A stretch of DNA of 64,000 nt from an uncultured Blastocatellia bacterium (lineage in GTDB: Bacteria; Acidobacteriota; Blastocatellia; HR10). Position numbers and translations under genes: made by a program. Positions 38,172-48,464 of this stretch are shown in pieces (within the stretch, counting starts at the first letter, position 1; every line of letters begins with the position of its first letter). The DNA lies in assembly GCA_937934295.1 (NCBI GenBank), contig CALHAI010000005.1:119272-183271 (forward strand), in the 5' to 3' direction. The notes under the pieces are model-generated. The model was not told the DNA's origin and searched no databases. It saw nothing but the letters and a program-made list of their open reading frames with translations.

Positions 38172-40052
38172 ATGTCGGGGATTATCGGATATGTCGGGCC
38201 GCGGCAGATCGTCCCCATCTTGCTGCATGGCTTGCGGCGGTTAGAGTATCGCGGCTATGACTCAGCCGGATTAGCCGTCGTGGACGAAGGCCGATTGGAG
38301 GTGCGCCGTGCGGCGGGTAAGCTGCGGCAATTGGAAGAGCTGATTCGCTTGCAGCCGCTCGATGGCACCTACGGAATCGGGCACACGCGATGGGCGACGC
38401 ACGGACGACCGACGACGGAGAACGCCCATCCCCATTGTGATTGCTCCGGGCGCCTGGCCGTCGTTCACAACGGCATCGTGGAGAACTATCTCGCGCTGAG
38501 GAGTCGGCTCACCGAAGAGGGGCACGCGTTTCGAACGGAGACGGACACGGAGGTCATCGCCCATCTGATCGAGAAGCATCTGCAGGAGCTGGCGACAAGC
38601 GCGCTCGATCCCGATGTTCGGTTGGAGAAAGCCGCGCGCGCGGCCGTGCGCGACATGACGGGGGTCTTCGCCGTAGCCCTCATCTCGGCGGATGTGCCGG
38701 AGACGATCGTCGCCGTCCGGCAAGGACCGCCGGTGGTGATCGGCATTGGCCGCGAGGAATATTTCGTCGCATCAGACGTGCTGGCCCTGCTCTACTACAC
38801 GCGCGAAGTGTGTTTCTTGGAGGATGGGCAGATCGCCGTCCTCATGCGCCGGGGGGTACGTATTCGCGATCTGGAGGGGAATGCGGTGACCCCTCGCTTG
38901 GAGCGCATCGGATGGGAGCCCATCTTGGTCGAGAAGGGGGGGTTCCCGCACTTCATGCTCAAAGAGATCTACGAGCAACCGCGTGCGCTCCGCGAGTTGC
39001 TCAAGGCACATACCGCGGCGGATGGCCGGAGCGTTCGCTTCGAGGAGATCGAGATGGACAAGGAGCAAATCCGGCAGATCCGCACCCTTCGGCTCGTCGG
39101 CTGTGGGGGAAGCTGGCACGCGGCGTTGGCCGGGGAGTTTCTGATCGAACATCTGGCGCGCCTGCCGACGGAAGTGGACTATTCGAGCGAATTTCGGTAT
39201 CGCGATCCGATCCTCGATGAAGGGACATTAGTGGTCGCGCTCAGCCAATCGGGGGAGACGGCCGATACGTTGGCGGCTGTTCGCGAGGCGCGGCGTCACC
39301 GGGCGCCGGTGCTCGCCCTTTGTAACGGGCGTGGGGCCACGCTCACGCGCGAAGCGCAGGGTACGATCTTCCTCCATGCGGGGCCGGAGATCGGCGTCGC
39401 TTCGACCAAGGCCTTCACGGCCGAGTTGATGGCCCTGTATCTGCTGGCCGTCTATTTGGGCGAGCAGCGGGGGACGCTCGCGGCCGAGCAACGGGAGCGG
39501 TTGCTCCGCGAGGCGTGGATGATCCCGGAGAAGCTCGAACGCGTGCTCGCCAAAGATGATGACGTTCGCGAGCTCGCCCGTCAGTTCGCTCGCGCGCCCG
39601 CGGCATTTTTCTTGGGACGCGGCCTCTATTATCCGATCGCCTTGGAAGGCGCCTTGCTGCTGAAAGAACTGGCCTACGTGTACGCCGAGGGGTATCCGGC
39701 CGGGGAGATGAAGCACGGGCCGAACGCTCTCATTGACGAGCATCTCCCCATTGTCGTGATCAACGCTCGCGATCCCGAGTCTCCGCTCTCACAACTCCTC
39801 TACGAGAAGACGTTGGCCAACATCATCGAGGCGAAGGCGCGCGAGGGGCGCGTCTTGGGGATCGTCACCGAAGGCGATGTGGAAGTCCGTCAGGTCGCCG
39901 ATGGCCTGCTGGAGATTCCGGTCGCGAGCTACTGGCTCTCGCCCATCCTCGCCACCGTTCCGCTCCAATTGCTCGCCTATCATACGGCCGTCCTCAAGGG
40001 CTGCGATGTGGATCAACCCCGCCATCTGGCGAAATCGGTGACCGTGGAATGA
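38172..40052 (+). CDS. glmS: glutamine--fructose-6-phosphate aminotransferase (isomerising); note Ser instead of catalytic Cys at position 2
   Basis: MSGIIGYVGPRQIVPILLHGLRRLEYRGYDSAGLAVVD aligns with the GlmS N-terminus (MCGIVG...). Two SIS domains in the C-terminal half. Starts 3 nt after the glmU stop. Confidence 0.9.
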   Translation: MSGIIGYVGPRQIVPILLHGLRRLEYRGYDSAGLAVVDEGRLEVRRAAGKLRQLEELIRLQPLDGTYGIGHTRWATHGRPTTENAHPHCDCSGRLAVVHNGIVENYLALRSRLTEEGHAFRTETDTEVIAHLIEKHLQELATSALDPDVRLEKAARAAVRDMTGVFAVALISADVPETIVAVRQGPPVVIGIGREEYFVASDVLALLYYTREVCFLEDGQIAVLMRRGVRIRDLEGNAVTPRLERIGWEPILVEKGGFPHFMLKEIYEQPRALRELLKAHTAADGRSVRFEEIEMDKEQIRQIRTLRLVGCGGSWHAALAGEFLIEHLARLPTEVDYSSEFRYRDPILDEGTLVVALSQSGETADTLAAVREARRHRAPVLALCNGRGATLTREAQGTIFLHAGPEIGVASTKAFTAELMALYLLAVYLGEQRGTLAAEQRERLLREAWMIPEKLERVLAKDDDVRELARQFARAPAAFFLGRGLYYPIALEGALLLKELAYVYAEGYPAGEMKHGPNALIDEHLPIVVINARDPESPLSQLLYEKTLANIIEAKAREGRVLGIVTEGDVEVRQVADGLLEIPVASYWLSPILATVPLQLLAYHTAVLKGCDVDQPRHLAKSVTVE

Positions 40053-40065
40053 GGACCGCAGCGGC

Positions 40066-40494
40066 TCAACGCAGAATTTCGAGCATTCCCTGGATGTGAT
40101 GGCGGAGGATTTGAATGAGGAGCGCTGCCGTCACCGGGATGCGCCGGAGCTTGACGCGCGGCCCGCGCTCGCACGCCGCGGCCTCGCGCACGGACCAGTG
40201 CCCCTCTCGGGCAGGGAGCTCTTCCTGGAGAGGCTCACCGAGCGGCCAATACTCGAATCGCTCATCTTCGCGCAGCAGAGCCAGGAGCTCGGCGAACGTC
40301 GGCGGAGACATCCACGGGCATTCCTGTTGGAGTCGCACCCAGAGCTTGCGTACGGGGACGAGCACCTGCGGATCCTCCTCCACCATCCGTTCGACGCGAT
40401 CCAAAAGCTCCTTCGTGCGACTCGAGCGCTCCATGGCCCTCGCTCTCGCGAGCCAGATTATACCCCGCTTGCTGCGGGGCAGCAACTGATCCAT
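40066..40494 (-). CDS. hypothetical protein
   Basis: 142-aa ORF convergent with glmS, no recognisable motif. Confidence 0.3.
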   Translation of the reverse strand: MDQLLPRSKRGIIWLARARAMERSSRTKELLDRVERMVEEDPQVLVPVRKLWVRLQQECPWMSPPTFAELLALLREDERFEYWPLGEPLQEELPAREGHWSVREAAACERGPRVKLRRIPVTAALLIQILRHHIQGMLEILR

Positions 40495-40571
40495 CGGATA
40501 TTCCCGCGTCGAAGGAGCGGAGTTCGGCCCTCTTGCCCCACGAAATGCCCCATTGGTATCTTTGGCCCGTT

Positions 40572-41336
40572 ATGCACCACTCGGATGCGGTCATCTTGCG
40601 CGTGTACGAGCTGACGAAGGAATTCGATGGGATCGTCGCGGTGGATCACGTGAGCTTCGCGATCTCGCGCGGAGAGATCGTCGGGCTGTTAGGGGCCAAT
40701 GGCGCGGGGAAGACGACGACGTTGCAACTCATCCTCGGCCTCATTCGGCCCACATCGGGTCGCATTGAGATCTTCGGCCAGGATCTCGAATGCCATCGGA
40801 TCGAGATCCTCCGCCGGATGAACTTCTCCTCGGTCGGCGTGAATCTCCCGCCAAATCTCACCGTATGGGAGAATCTGTGGCTCTTCGCCCAACTCTACGC
40901 CGTGCCGCACGCTGAGGAGCGCATCGCCGCCGTGCTCGATCTTCTGGAGATCGCGCACCTTCGGAACGCGCGCACGGGACGCCTCTCCAGCGGCGAGATG
41001 ACGCGCGTGAATCTCTGCAAGGCGTTGCTCAACGATCCGGAATTATTGCTGTTGGATGAACCGACGGCCAGCCTCGATCCCAACATTGCTGATAAGGTGC
41101 GACGCTTGCTCCGTCAAATCCAACGCGAGCGGCAGATCGCCATGCTCTATACTTCGCATAACATGCGCGATATCGAGGAAGTGTGCGACCGCATCCTCTT
41201 CCTTCACCGCGGACGCATCATCGCCGAGGGATCCCCGCGAGAGATCCTGCGGCACTTCCGCACACGAACGCTGGAGGAGGTCTTCATTCGCATCGCGCGG
41301 AGCGGCGAGATTCTCGTCGGACCAGAAGAGCGATGA
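40572..41336 (+). CDS. ABC transporter ATP-binding protein
   Basis: GANGAGKTT, LSSGEMTRV, LLLLDEPTASLD. The track start at 40533 is probably too early. Confidence 0.85.
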   Translation: MHHSDAVILRVYELTKEFDGIVAVDHVSFAISRGEIVGLLGANGAGKTTTLQLILGLIRPTSGRIEIFGQDLECHRIEILRRMNFSSVGVNLPPNLTVWENLWLFAQLYAVPHAEERIAAVLDLLEIAHLRNARTGRLSSGEMTRVNLCKALLNDPELLLLDEPTASLDPNIADKVRRLLRQIQRERQIAMLYTSHNMRDIEEVCDRILFLHRGRIIAEGSPREILRHFRTRTLEEVFIRIARSGEILVGPEER

Positions 41337-42130
41337 ACCTGCGGCGCGTGGGCATTCTGGTACTCCGGTATGTCTTCGTCTACCGGCGGAGCGTCATTCG
41401 ATTGGTGGAGGTGTGGTTTTGGCCGACGATGGAGCTGTTGCTGTGGGGCTACGTCACCCTCTTTCTGCAGCGCGTGGGCGAAGGAGCGGTGCCTCGTCTG
41501 GTCACTTTTCTGATCGGGGCGATGATCCTATGGGACGTGCTCTATCGCGCACAGCAAGGGATCACGCTCTCGTTCCTCGAAGACGTCTGGGTGCGCAATC
41601 TGCTCAACATCTTCTGCGCGCCGGTTCGGCTGAGCGAATACATTGCGGCAACCTTCCTCTTCGGGCTGGTGCGCGTCGGCGTGACGCTCGTGTCCTTGGC
41701 GGCCCTCGCCTGGGCCTTGTATCGCTTCGATCTGTTCGAGATGGGATTCGCCCTTCTCCCGTTCATAGCGAACTTGCTGATCCTGGGATTGGCTTTGGGC
41801 ATCCTCACGACGGCCATCATCTTGCGCTTCGGGCAAGCGGCGGAAGCGCTCGCGTGGGCTGTGCCCTTTCTCCTCCAACCCTTTGCCGCCGTCTTCTATC
41901 CGGTCAGCGTCCTCCCGCCGAGTTTGCAAGCGATCGCGCGCGCGATCCCCTGCACGTATGTCTTCGAAGGCATGCGCGAAGTCCTGCGCTCTGGGGCATT
42001 CCGTTGGGATCACTTCGGGTGGGCGCTCGGCTTAAACCTCCTCTATCTGGCGTTCGGCATCTGGCTGCTCGTGCGCATGTTTGAGCTGGCGCGCGAGCGT
42101 GGCCTGCTTGGTCGCCTGACCATGCAGTGA
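41333..42130 (+). CDS. ABC-2 type transporter permease
   Basis: ATGA overlap with the ATPase stop. Six hydrophobic helices. The track ORF 41183 is an upstream extension in the same frame. Confidence 0.8.
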   Translation: MNLRRVGILVLRYVFVYRRSVIRLVEVWFWPTMELLLWGYVTLFLQRVGEGAVPRLVTFLIGAMILWDVLYRAQQGITLSFLEDVWVRNLLNIFCAPVRLSEYIAATFLFGLVRVGVTLVSLAALAWALYRFDLFEMGFALLPFIANLLILGLALGILTTAIILRFGQAAEALAWAVPFLLQPFAAVFYPVSVLPPSLQAIARAIPCTYVFEGMREVLRSGAFRWDHFGWALGLNLLYLAFGIWLLVRMFELARERGLLGRLTMQ

Positions 42131-42145
42131 ACCGCCCTCTCCGCA

Positions 42146-44368
42146 ATGGCTTCGGCGAGCGAAGAGATGGTACAATCAAGCGCAATGCGGACACGGCATA
42201 GAGCCCGGCAAGATCTACGCGCGCGTCTTCGCACTGAATTGAAGAGTCGGCGGCGAGCCTCCTGGGGGGTCGGAATCGCGCTCCTTCTCTTTCTCGGCGT
42301 CGCCGAAGCGGGACCGGCGCTTGGCCATGCGGATTCCCCGGCGTTCGCGCGTTCGCCTCAGTCCTTCCCGGTTCTGGATGTGGTGCACTACAAGGTCGAA
42401 GCGGAGGTGGATCCTACCGAGTTCTCGCTGACGGCCCGTGCGACCGTCACGCTGCGTGTGGGTGCGGCCACGCGCTCGGTCGTTCTGGAGCTGAACGGTT
42501 CGCTCATCGTCTCTCGCGTGCAGGAGGTCGAGACCGGTGCCGCCCTCACGTTCCTTCAGGACCGGTTCGATCAACTCAACGTGCGCGTGGACTTGGGGAA
42601 GATGGTCGAGGCGGGCACGCAGCTGACGCTCCTTTTCGAGTACGCGGGCGCGCTTCGCGGGCCCGAAGGAGGACCGATCCCTGATCGGCGCTTGGCGTAC
42701 ATCGGCCCAGAAGGCGGCTATCTCTTCTACGCGGCGCGCTGGCTTCCCTTCTACAATTATGCCGCCGACTGTGCGAGCTACGAAATCACGTTGCGGGTGC
42801 CGCAGGGGATGGTGCTCGCCGGCTACAGCGAACAGCCGCTTCTGGCTCAACCGGTTGTGGAGCGGCCGACGCCCGCGCCGGCGCGAGGATCGCGCCGCCT
42901 GACAGGGCCGGCGGAACCGCCTCCCCCGCGAACGCCTCGGGTCGCCTACACGCTCGTCTCGACGCGACCGGTGCTCGTCGGCTCGCTCGCCTTCTCGAAG
43001 TACATCACCAAAGAAGTGCGCACATCCGCTGGCTTCACCATCGAATTGTTCATGAAACCTGGCGATGAAGAGCGCATGGAAGGATTGGCCGATCCCATCG
43101 GGCGTATGCTCGAGATCTATCACGCCCGATTCGGCCCGTATGCCTTCGGCGACCGCCTGCGAGTGATCGAGATCGATGACGATTCCTTGGAGTATTACGT
43201 CGGCCCGGGGACGCTCTTCCTCGCGCCGCGCGTGCTGGCTGGCGATCGCGCCTTCGACGTGGGGCGATTGGCCCGCGAGGTCGCCTTTCAATGGTGGGGG
43301 CAGGCCGTCGCCTTGGGGAACTTCGACGATGCATGGATCTCGCAGGGGCTCGCGCAATACAGCGCCCTTTTGTTCCGCGAATTTGCGGGATCGCGCGCCG
43401 AATATGAACAGGCCGTTCGCGAGGTGCTCGAGCGCGCATTGGCGTTCGAGTCGGCGACCTCGATCGCGCGCGCGCCGCGCGAATTGTACGATCTCTCGCC
43501 GAGTTACCAGGCCATCGTCTACGACAAGGGCGCCTTCGTCTTCCGCATGCTCCGTGCTGTGCTCGGCGATGAGAAGTTCTTCGCCCTGCTGAAGACCTTT
43601 TACCAGACCTATGCGGGCAAGAACGCGCATATTGCCGACTTCGAAGAACTGGCTAGCCGAGTCGCCGGACGCAGCTTGCGGAGCTTCTTTGGCCTTTGGG
43701 TGGATTCGACGGGCGTGCCGGAATTCCGCGTCGAATACATGATCCTGCGCACGCGCGACGGACGCTTCAAAGCGCGCGGGACCGTCAAGCAGACGCTTGA
43801 GCTGTTCGACATGCCCGTGGATTTGCTCCTGCGCGCCGAAGGGGATCGCACCGAGCGGATCACGATCCCCATGAAGGGGACGGAGGCGAGTTTCGAAATC
43901 CCCTCCGAGACGCTCCCCCGCGAGATCGTGGTGGATCCGGACTTTCGGATCCTCCACCTCACGGAGACGATTCGCATCGCTGTCGTTGTTCGACGCGGGA
44001 TCGAGCATCTCAAGAACCGCGAGTATCCGGAAGCGGAGCAACAATTCCGAGCGGCCTTGGAGCTGGACGCGCTCAGCTCATGGGCGCACTACAACCTGGG
44101 GCTGTTGTACTTCGAGCAGCGGAATTTCCAACGGGCGCTGGATGTGTTCACCGATGCCCTCAATGGGGATAAACGTCCGCCCTGGATCGTCGTCTGGAGC
44201 CACATCTATCGCGGGAATTGCTATGATGCGCTCGGCGAACGCGAGCGCGCCGTCGCCGAATATCAAAAGGCTTTGGAGACCAAGGACGACTATAACGGCG
44301 CACAAGACCTCGCCCGCCACTACCTGAATCACCCGTACGCACCGACCCGCACGCGCGCTAGCCGGTGA
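42146..44368 (+). CDS. secreted M1 (aminopeptidase N / LTA4 hydrolase) family homolog with C-terminal TPR repeats; zinc-binding HExxH...E replaced (RExxF...Q) - probable pseudo-peptidase
   Basis: Signal peptide present. The region LAREVAFQWWGQAVALGNFDDAWISQGLAQY aligns with the M1 motif [32 protein letters not shown], with H->R, H->F and E->Q at the three zinc ligands. C-terminal TPR-like repeats (EAEQQFRAALELDALSSWAHYNLGLLYFEQ...). Confidence 0.8.
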   Translation: MASASEEMVQSSAMRTRHRARQDLRARLRTELKSRRRASWGVGIALLLFLGVAEAGPALGHADSPAFARSPQSFPVLDVVHYKVEAEVDPTEFSLTARATVTLRVGAATRSVVLELNGSLIVSRVQEVETGAALTFLQDRFDQLNVRVDLGKMVEAGTQLTLLFEYAGALRGPEGGPIPDRRLAYIGPEGGYLFYAARWLPFYNYAADCASYEITLRVPQGMVLAGYSEQPLLAQPVVERPTPAPARGSRRLTGPAEPPPPRTPRVAYTLVSTRPVLVGSLAFSKYITKEVRTSAGFTIELFMKPGDEERMEGLADPIGRMLEIYHARFGPYAFGDRLRVIEIDDDSLEYYVGPGTLFLAPRVLAGDRAFDVGRLAREVAFQWWGQAVALGNFDDAWISQGLAQYSALLFREFAGSRAEYEQAVREVLERALAFESATSIARAPRELYDLSPSYQAIVYDKGAFVFRMLRAVLGDEKFFALLKTFYQTYAGKNAHIADFEELASRVAGRSLRSFFGLWVDSTGVPEFRVEYMILRTRDGRFKARGTVKQTLELFDMPVDLLLRAEGDRTERITIPMKGTEASFEIPSETLPREIVVDPDFRILHLTETIRIAVVVRRGIEHLKNREYPEAEQQFRAALELDALSSWAHYNLGLLYFEQRNFQRALDVFTDALNGDKRPPWIVVWSHIYRGNCYDALGERERAVAEYQKALETKDDYNGAQDLARHYLNHPYAPTRTRASR

Positions 44369-44455
44369 ATGCCCGCCTTCTTCTGTCGGCCAGGGATGCG
44401 GTACAATGACCTTGAATGAGGGCGGGGCAGATCGGGCTGTGAAGGAGGCGGTCAC

Positions 44456-46219
44456 ATGAATTATCGATGGGTGTTGCGCGCGTGCGCGGAAGATGTGGCG
44501 GCGACGCTCAGTCGCGAACTCGGGCTCCCGCATTCGATCGCTCGACTCTTGAGCGCGCGGGGGGTGACGACGCCGAAAGCGGCCGAGCGTTTCCTCTGGC
44601 CGCGACGTGATGACCTCCACGATCCCTATCGCATGGCGGGCATGGGCGAAGCGGTCGAGCGCATCTGGGGTGCCATCGCGCGTGGCGAACCCATCGTCAT
44701 CTATGGCGATTATGACGTGGACGGCGTGACGAGTCTCGTCCTGCTCAAGAAGACGCTCGCGTGGCTGGGCGCCCACGTCTTCTGCTACGTCCCGGAGCGA
44801 TGGCGCAAGGGGTATGGGATGCACGCCGAAGCCATTGAGGGGCTGGCCGCTCAGGGCGGACGCTTGCTCATCAGTGTGGATTGTGGGATTCGCGCACACG
44901 AGGTCATCGAGCGGGCGAAAGCGTTGGGCATGGAGACCATCGTGACCGATCATCATCTCCCCGAAGCGGAACTGCCGCGCGCGGTGGCCGTGTTGAATCC
45001 GAGGCGTCCCGATTGCGCCTATCCCGAGAAAAACCTGGCGGGCGTGGGTGTGGCGTTGAAACTCGCGCAGGCGCTCCTTGCGCGAAGCGGTCGGAGCGCG
45101 GAGCTCACGCGACTGCTGCCGCTGGCGGCCCTTGGCACGATCGCCGACGTGGCGCCGCTGGTGGGGGAGAATCGGGTGATCGCGCGCCTGGGGTTGGAGC
45201 AAATTTGGGCTCCCGAGCAGGTCGGGCTGCGCGCGCTCGCGGAAGCGGCCGGACTCGCCCCGGATCGTCCGGTGACGAGCGAGGACGTCGCTTTTCGCTT
45301 GGCACCGCGCTTAAACGCCGCCGGTCGGTTGAGCACGGCGCAGCCGGCGATCGAGCTGCTCCTGACGGAAGATGCGGAGACCGCGCGACGGTTGGCGGCT
45401 CACCTCAACGAGCACAATGCGCGCCGTCAACGCGAGGAGCAAGCTGTTCTCGCCGAGATCGAAGCGATGCTCGCCGAAGATCCGACGCTGCGCGCACAGA
45501 AAGTGCTCGTGCTCGCTCGTGAGGGGTGGCATCGAGGCGTCCTCGGTTTGGTCGCTTCCAAAATCGTGGAACGATTCGCGCGACCCGCGATCCTCCTTGC
45601 TCTGGAGGACCAGTGGGCGCATGGATCAGGTCGGAGCATCCCGGCCTTCCATCTGTTGCAGGGACTCACCGCGTGCGCCGATCTCTTCGAACGATACGGA
45701 GGACATGCTCAGGCCGCGGGCCTCCTCCTCCGACGCGACCGCCTCGAAGAATTCCGCGAGCGCCTCAACGCCGAGGCCGAACGCGTGCTGACGCCCCATG
45801 ATCTCATCCCAACGCTTGCGCTCGATGGGACGCTGACGCTCTCGGGGGTGACGTTTGAATTCTGGCAACAGCTGGCGCGTCTGGAGCCTTTTGGCGTGGG
45901 GAATCTGCGCCCGATCTTCCTCTTCGCGAACGTGCGCCTAGAGGGCGAGCCGCAGATCCTGAAAGACCGACACCTCAAGCTTCGTCTCCGACAGATGGAC
46001 AAGAGTGTGGAGGCGCTCTGGTGGAACGGGGTCGGGCGGCTTGACGGGCGCGCGTCGGGCTCTGGCCTCTGGCTCGCGGCGAGCATCGGGGAATCGTTCT
46101 ATGGGGGACTCCTTCGGATCCATCTCGTGATCAAGGACCTGTCCGAAGAGCCGCCGCAGGTCATCCCCGAAGCCCCTTTCTCATCCGCGGCGGTCGGAGG
46201 AGGCGATGAAGTGGCCTGA
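44456..46219 (+). CDS. recJ: single-stranded-DNA-specific exonuclease RecJ
   Basis: DHH motifs (YGDYDVDGVTS, VTDHH), DHHA1 domain, C-terminal OB region. Confidence 0.9.
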   Translation: MNYRWVLRACAEDVAATLSRELGLPHSIARLLSARGVTTPKAAERFLWPRRDDLHDPYRMAGMGEAVERIWGAIARGEPIVIYGDYDVDGVTSLVLLKKTLAWLGAHVFCYVPERWRKGYGMHAEAIEGLAAQGGRLLISVDCGIRAHEVIERAKALGMETIVTDHHLPEAELPRAVAVLNPRRPDCAYPEKNLAGVGVALKLAQALLARSGRSAELTRLLPLAALGTIADVAPLVGENRVIARLGLEQIWAPEQVGLRALAEAAGLAPDRPVTSEDVAFRLAPRLNAAGRLSTAQPAIELLLTEDAETARRLAAHLNEHNARRQREEQAVLAEIEAMLAEDPTLRAQKVLVLAREGWHRGVLGLVASKIVERFARPAILLALEDQWAHGSGRSIPAFHLLQGLTACADLFERYGGHAQAAGLLLRRDRLEEFRERLNAEAERVLTPHDLIPTLALDGTLTLSGVTFEFWQQLARLEPFGVGNLRPIFLFANVRLEGEPQILKDRHLKLRLRQMDKSVEALWWNGVGRLDGRASGSGLWLAASIGESFYGGLLRIHLVIKDLSEEPPQVIPEAPFSSAAVGGGDEVA

Positions 46220-48464
46220 GCCCAAATGGCCGATCGCGGTTCGCCTCATGGCCATCGCGCTTTTCGTCACCGTCGGAGCGGCGATCTTCCTCTCCTCTTG
46301 GCAGCAGCAGGGCGTCCTCCGACGTCGGAGCGCAGAGATGAAGCACGCGCCCTTAAGCGCGCGCCTGCTCTCGGTGAGTGAGCACATCCGTCATCTTCAA
46401 GTTCAAGGCGGGCGTCCGCTCTTCCTCCTCACGGCGGCTCGCGATGAAATCTACGATGATGGGCATCATGAGCTGAGTGACGTGAGCGTGACGCTCTATG
46501 CCGCGGATGCGAGTGAGCGCGCGCGCATCACGGCCCGTCGCGCCATCTCCTATCAAACGTCCGGGCTCATCATCTTCGCCACCGATGTCCGAGTCTGGAC
46601 GCGCGAAGGCCTGCGCTTCCGAACGGAGGAATTGCGGTACGATCAAGCGAACGAGGTCTTGCGCACGGAGCGACCGGTGACGTTCGAACACGCGCGCGGA
46701 TGGGGAGAGAGCCAAGGGGCTGAAGTGCATCTGCCGCACGATCGACGAAATCGCGTCGTTCTGCATGCCGTGCGATTCGCCGTTGCGCCGAAAGCCCCTG
46801 GCCCGAATGAGCACTGGAGCGTGCGCGCTGCTGCCGCCACGTTCGAGAGCGAGACGCTCGCCCTCCGACTCATCGGAGATGTCGTGCTCATGCGGGACAC
46901 GGACACGCTGCGCGCGGATCGGCTCGATGGCGTCCTCGACCGTGCGCATCGGATCCGGCAGATCACGGCCGATGGGAACGTACGGTTTCACGCGCGGGCC
47001 GAATATCGGGCCGTGGAGATCGCCAGCGAGAGCCTGACCCTCGTTTTCACCGAACGGCAGGACGTCTCGCGCGCGATCGCGATGGGATCGGTCGTCGCTC
47101 GCTTTCGGGATCGAGCGGAAGAACAAGAATTGCGGGGTCCTCGCGTGGATATCACCTTCGCCGCCTCGCACGGCGCACTCGCCCCTCGCTTCGCGCGGGC
47201 GGAGGGCGGACGCGTGAGCCTCACGCTCCGAGATGGATCGCGCGATCGGCGCGCCGTCGAGCGGCAGCTGGAGGCCAATGGCCTGGAGGCGTTTTTCCAA
47301 ACGGGGACGCGCGCGCTTCAAAGGCTGCGCGCCTCGGGCAACGTTCGCATGGAGATCCTCCCGACCCCTTCGGCGAAGACGGCGGAGAGGACGAGGATCT
47401 GGGCGCAGGAAGCGGAGCTGATGTTCGACGGGGAGAAGGATCACGTGACGACCGGTCGCGCGAGCGGCGACGTCCGCGTTGAGGTCGAACCGATGGGGGC
47501 ATCGGCGGCGCACTCTCGACGCGTGACGATGAGCGCCGCCTTGTTCGTCGAGTTCGACCCGAAGACGCATGGGATTGCGCGTCTGCTGCAGTCCGGGAGG
47601 TTCCGCTATGTGGAGGGCGAGCGGTACGCCGAGAGCGAGCGAGCGATCTATGAGGCCGATTCCGGATGGATCCGCTTGCGCGGGGGTACCCCGACCGTAG
47701 GGGATGCGCGCGGGAGGACGCGCGCGGAGGAAGTGGACGTGAACCCGCGCGAGGAGCGGAGCGTCGCTCGAGGCCGCGTGGTGACGACCGTTCTCCCTCG
47801 CGAGGCGATGGCGCGCGCGTTGCCGTTCGCTGAGCGCGACGCCCCCATCTTCATCGCTGCCGATCGGCTGGAGGCGGATCACCGCGCGCGACGTGCACGC
47901 TACACGGGCGCCGTGCGCGCGTGGCAGCAGGACACGTATCTGGCGGCCGAGGAACTGGAACTCGACGAAGCGGAACGCACGCTCGTAGCGCGTGGGCGCG
48001 TGCGCTCGTTCCTCTTCCGCACCCCTCGCGTCGCAGGAGCATCGGCGGAAGCTCTCCCCATCTTCGTTTCCGCAGCGCGCCTCATCTATCGCGAAGCCGA
48101 ACGGAAGATCGTCTACGAGGGGGAAGTGAGCCTGCAGCGCGGCGCGCAGCGCTTGCTGGCGGAATCGCTCACGACCTTCGTGAGCTCGGACGTTGCGGAG
48201 ATCGAACGCGCTCTCGCGGAGCGGAAGGTCATCCTCAAAGATCCCGAACGCCGCGCCTATGCCGAGCGCGCCACCTATGACGCCGCCAGCGAGAGAATCG
48301 TCCTCGAAGGCGCTCCGGCACGCGTGGAGGATGATCGGCAGGGCGTGCGGCAGCAGGGCGCTCGATTGACTTTCTTAGATCGGGGTGATACAGTCTTGGT
48401 TGAGGGGAGCGAAGGGGCGCGCCGGGTGAAGACCGTGAGGACGATCCCGAGGGGGAAACAGTGA
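46206..48464 (+). CDS. LptC-like N-terminal anchor fused to multiple tandem LptA/OstA-like beta-jellyroll repeats (752 aa)
   Basis: N-terminal TM helix. Repeated ~120-aa units with LptA-like patterns (ADRLxx....GNVR, ...[11 protein letters not shown]). Sits immediately upstream of lptB-rpoN-hpf. Confidence 0.7.
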   Translation: MKWPEPKWPIAVRLMAIALFVTVGAAIFLSSWQQQGVLRRRSAEMKHAPLSARLLSVSEHIRHLQVQGGRPLFLLTAARDEIYDDGHHELSDVSVTLYAADASERARITARRAISYQTSGLIIFATDVRVWTREGLRFRTEELRYDQANEVLRTERPVTFEHARGWGESQGAEVHLPHDRRNRVVLHAVRFAVAPKAPGPNEHWSVRAAAATFESETLALRLIGDVVLMRDTDTLRADRLDGVLDRAHRIRQITADGNVRFHARAEYRAVEIASESLTLVFTERQDVSRAIAMGSVVARFRDRAEEQELRGPRVDITFAASHGALAPRFARAEGGRVSLTLRDGSRDRRAVERQLEANGLEAFFQTGTRALQRLRASGNVRMEILPTPSAKTAERTRIWAQEAELMFDGEKDHVTTGRASGDVRVEVEPMGASAAHSRRVTMSAALFVEFDPKTHGIARLLQSGRFRYVEGERYAESERAIYEADSGWIRLRGGTPTVGDARGRTRAEEVDVNPREERSVARGRVVTTVLPREAMARALPFAERDAPIFIAADRLEADHRARRARYTGAVRAWQQDTYLAAEELELDEAERTLVARGRVRSFLFRTPRVAGASAEALPIFVSAARLIYREAERKIVYEGEVSLQRGAQRLLAESLTTFVSSDVAEIERALAERKVILKDPERRAYAERATYDAASERIVLEGAPARVEDDRQGVRQQGARLTFLDRGDTVLVEGSEGARRVKTVRTIPRGKQ

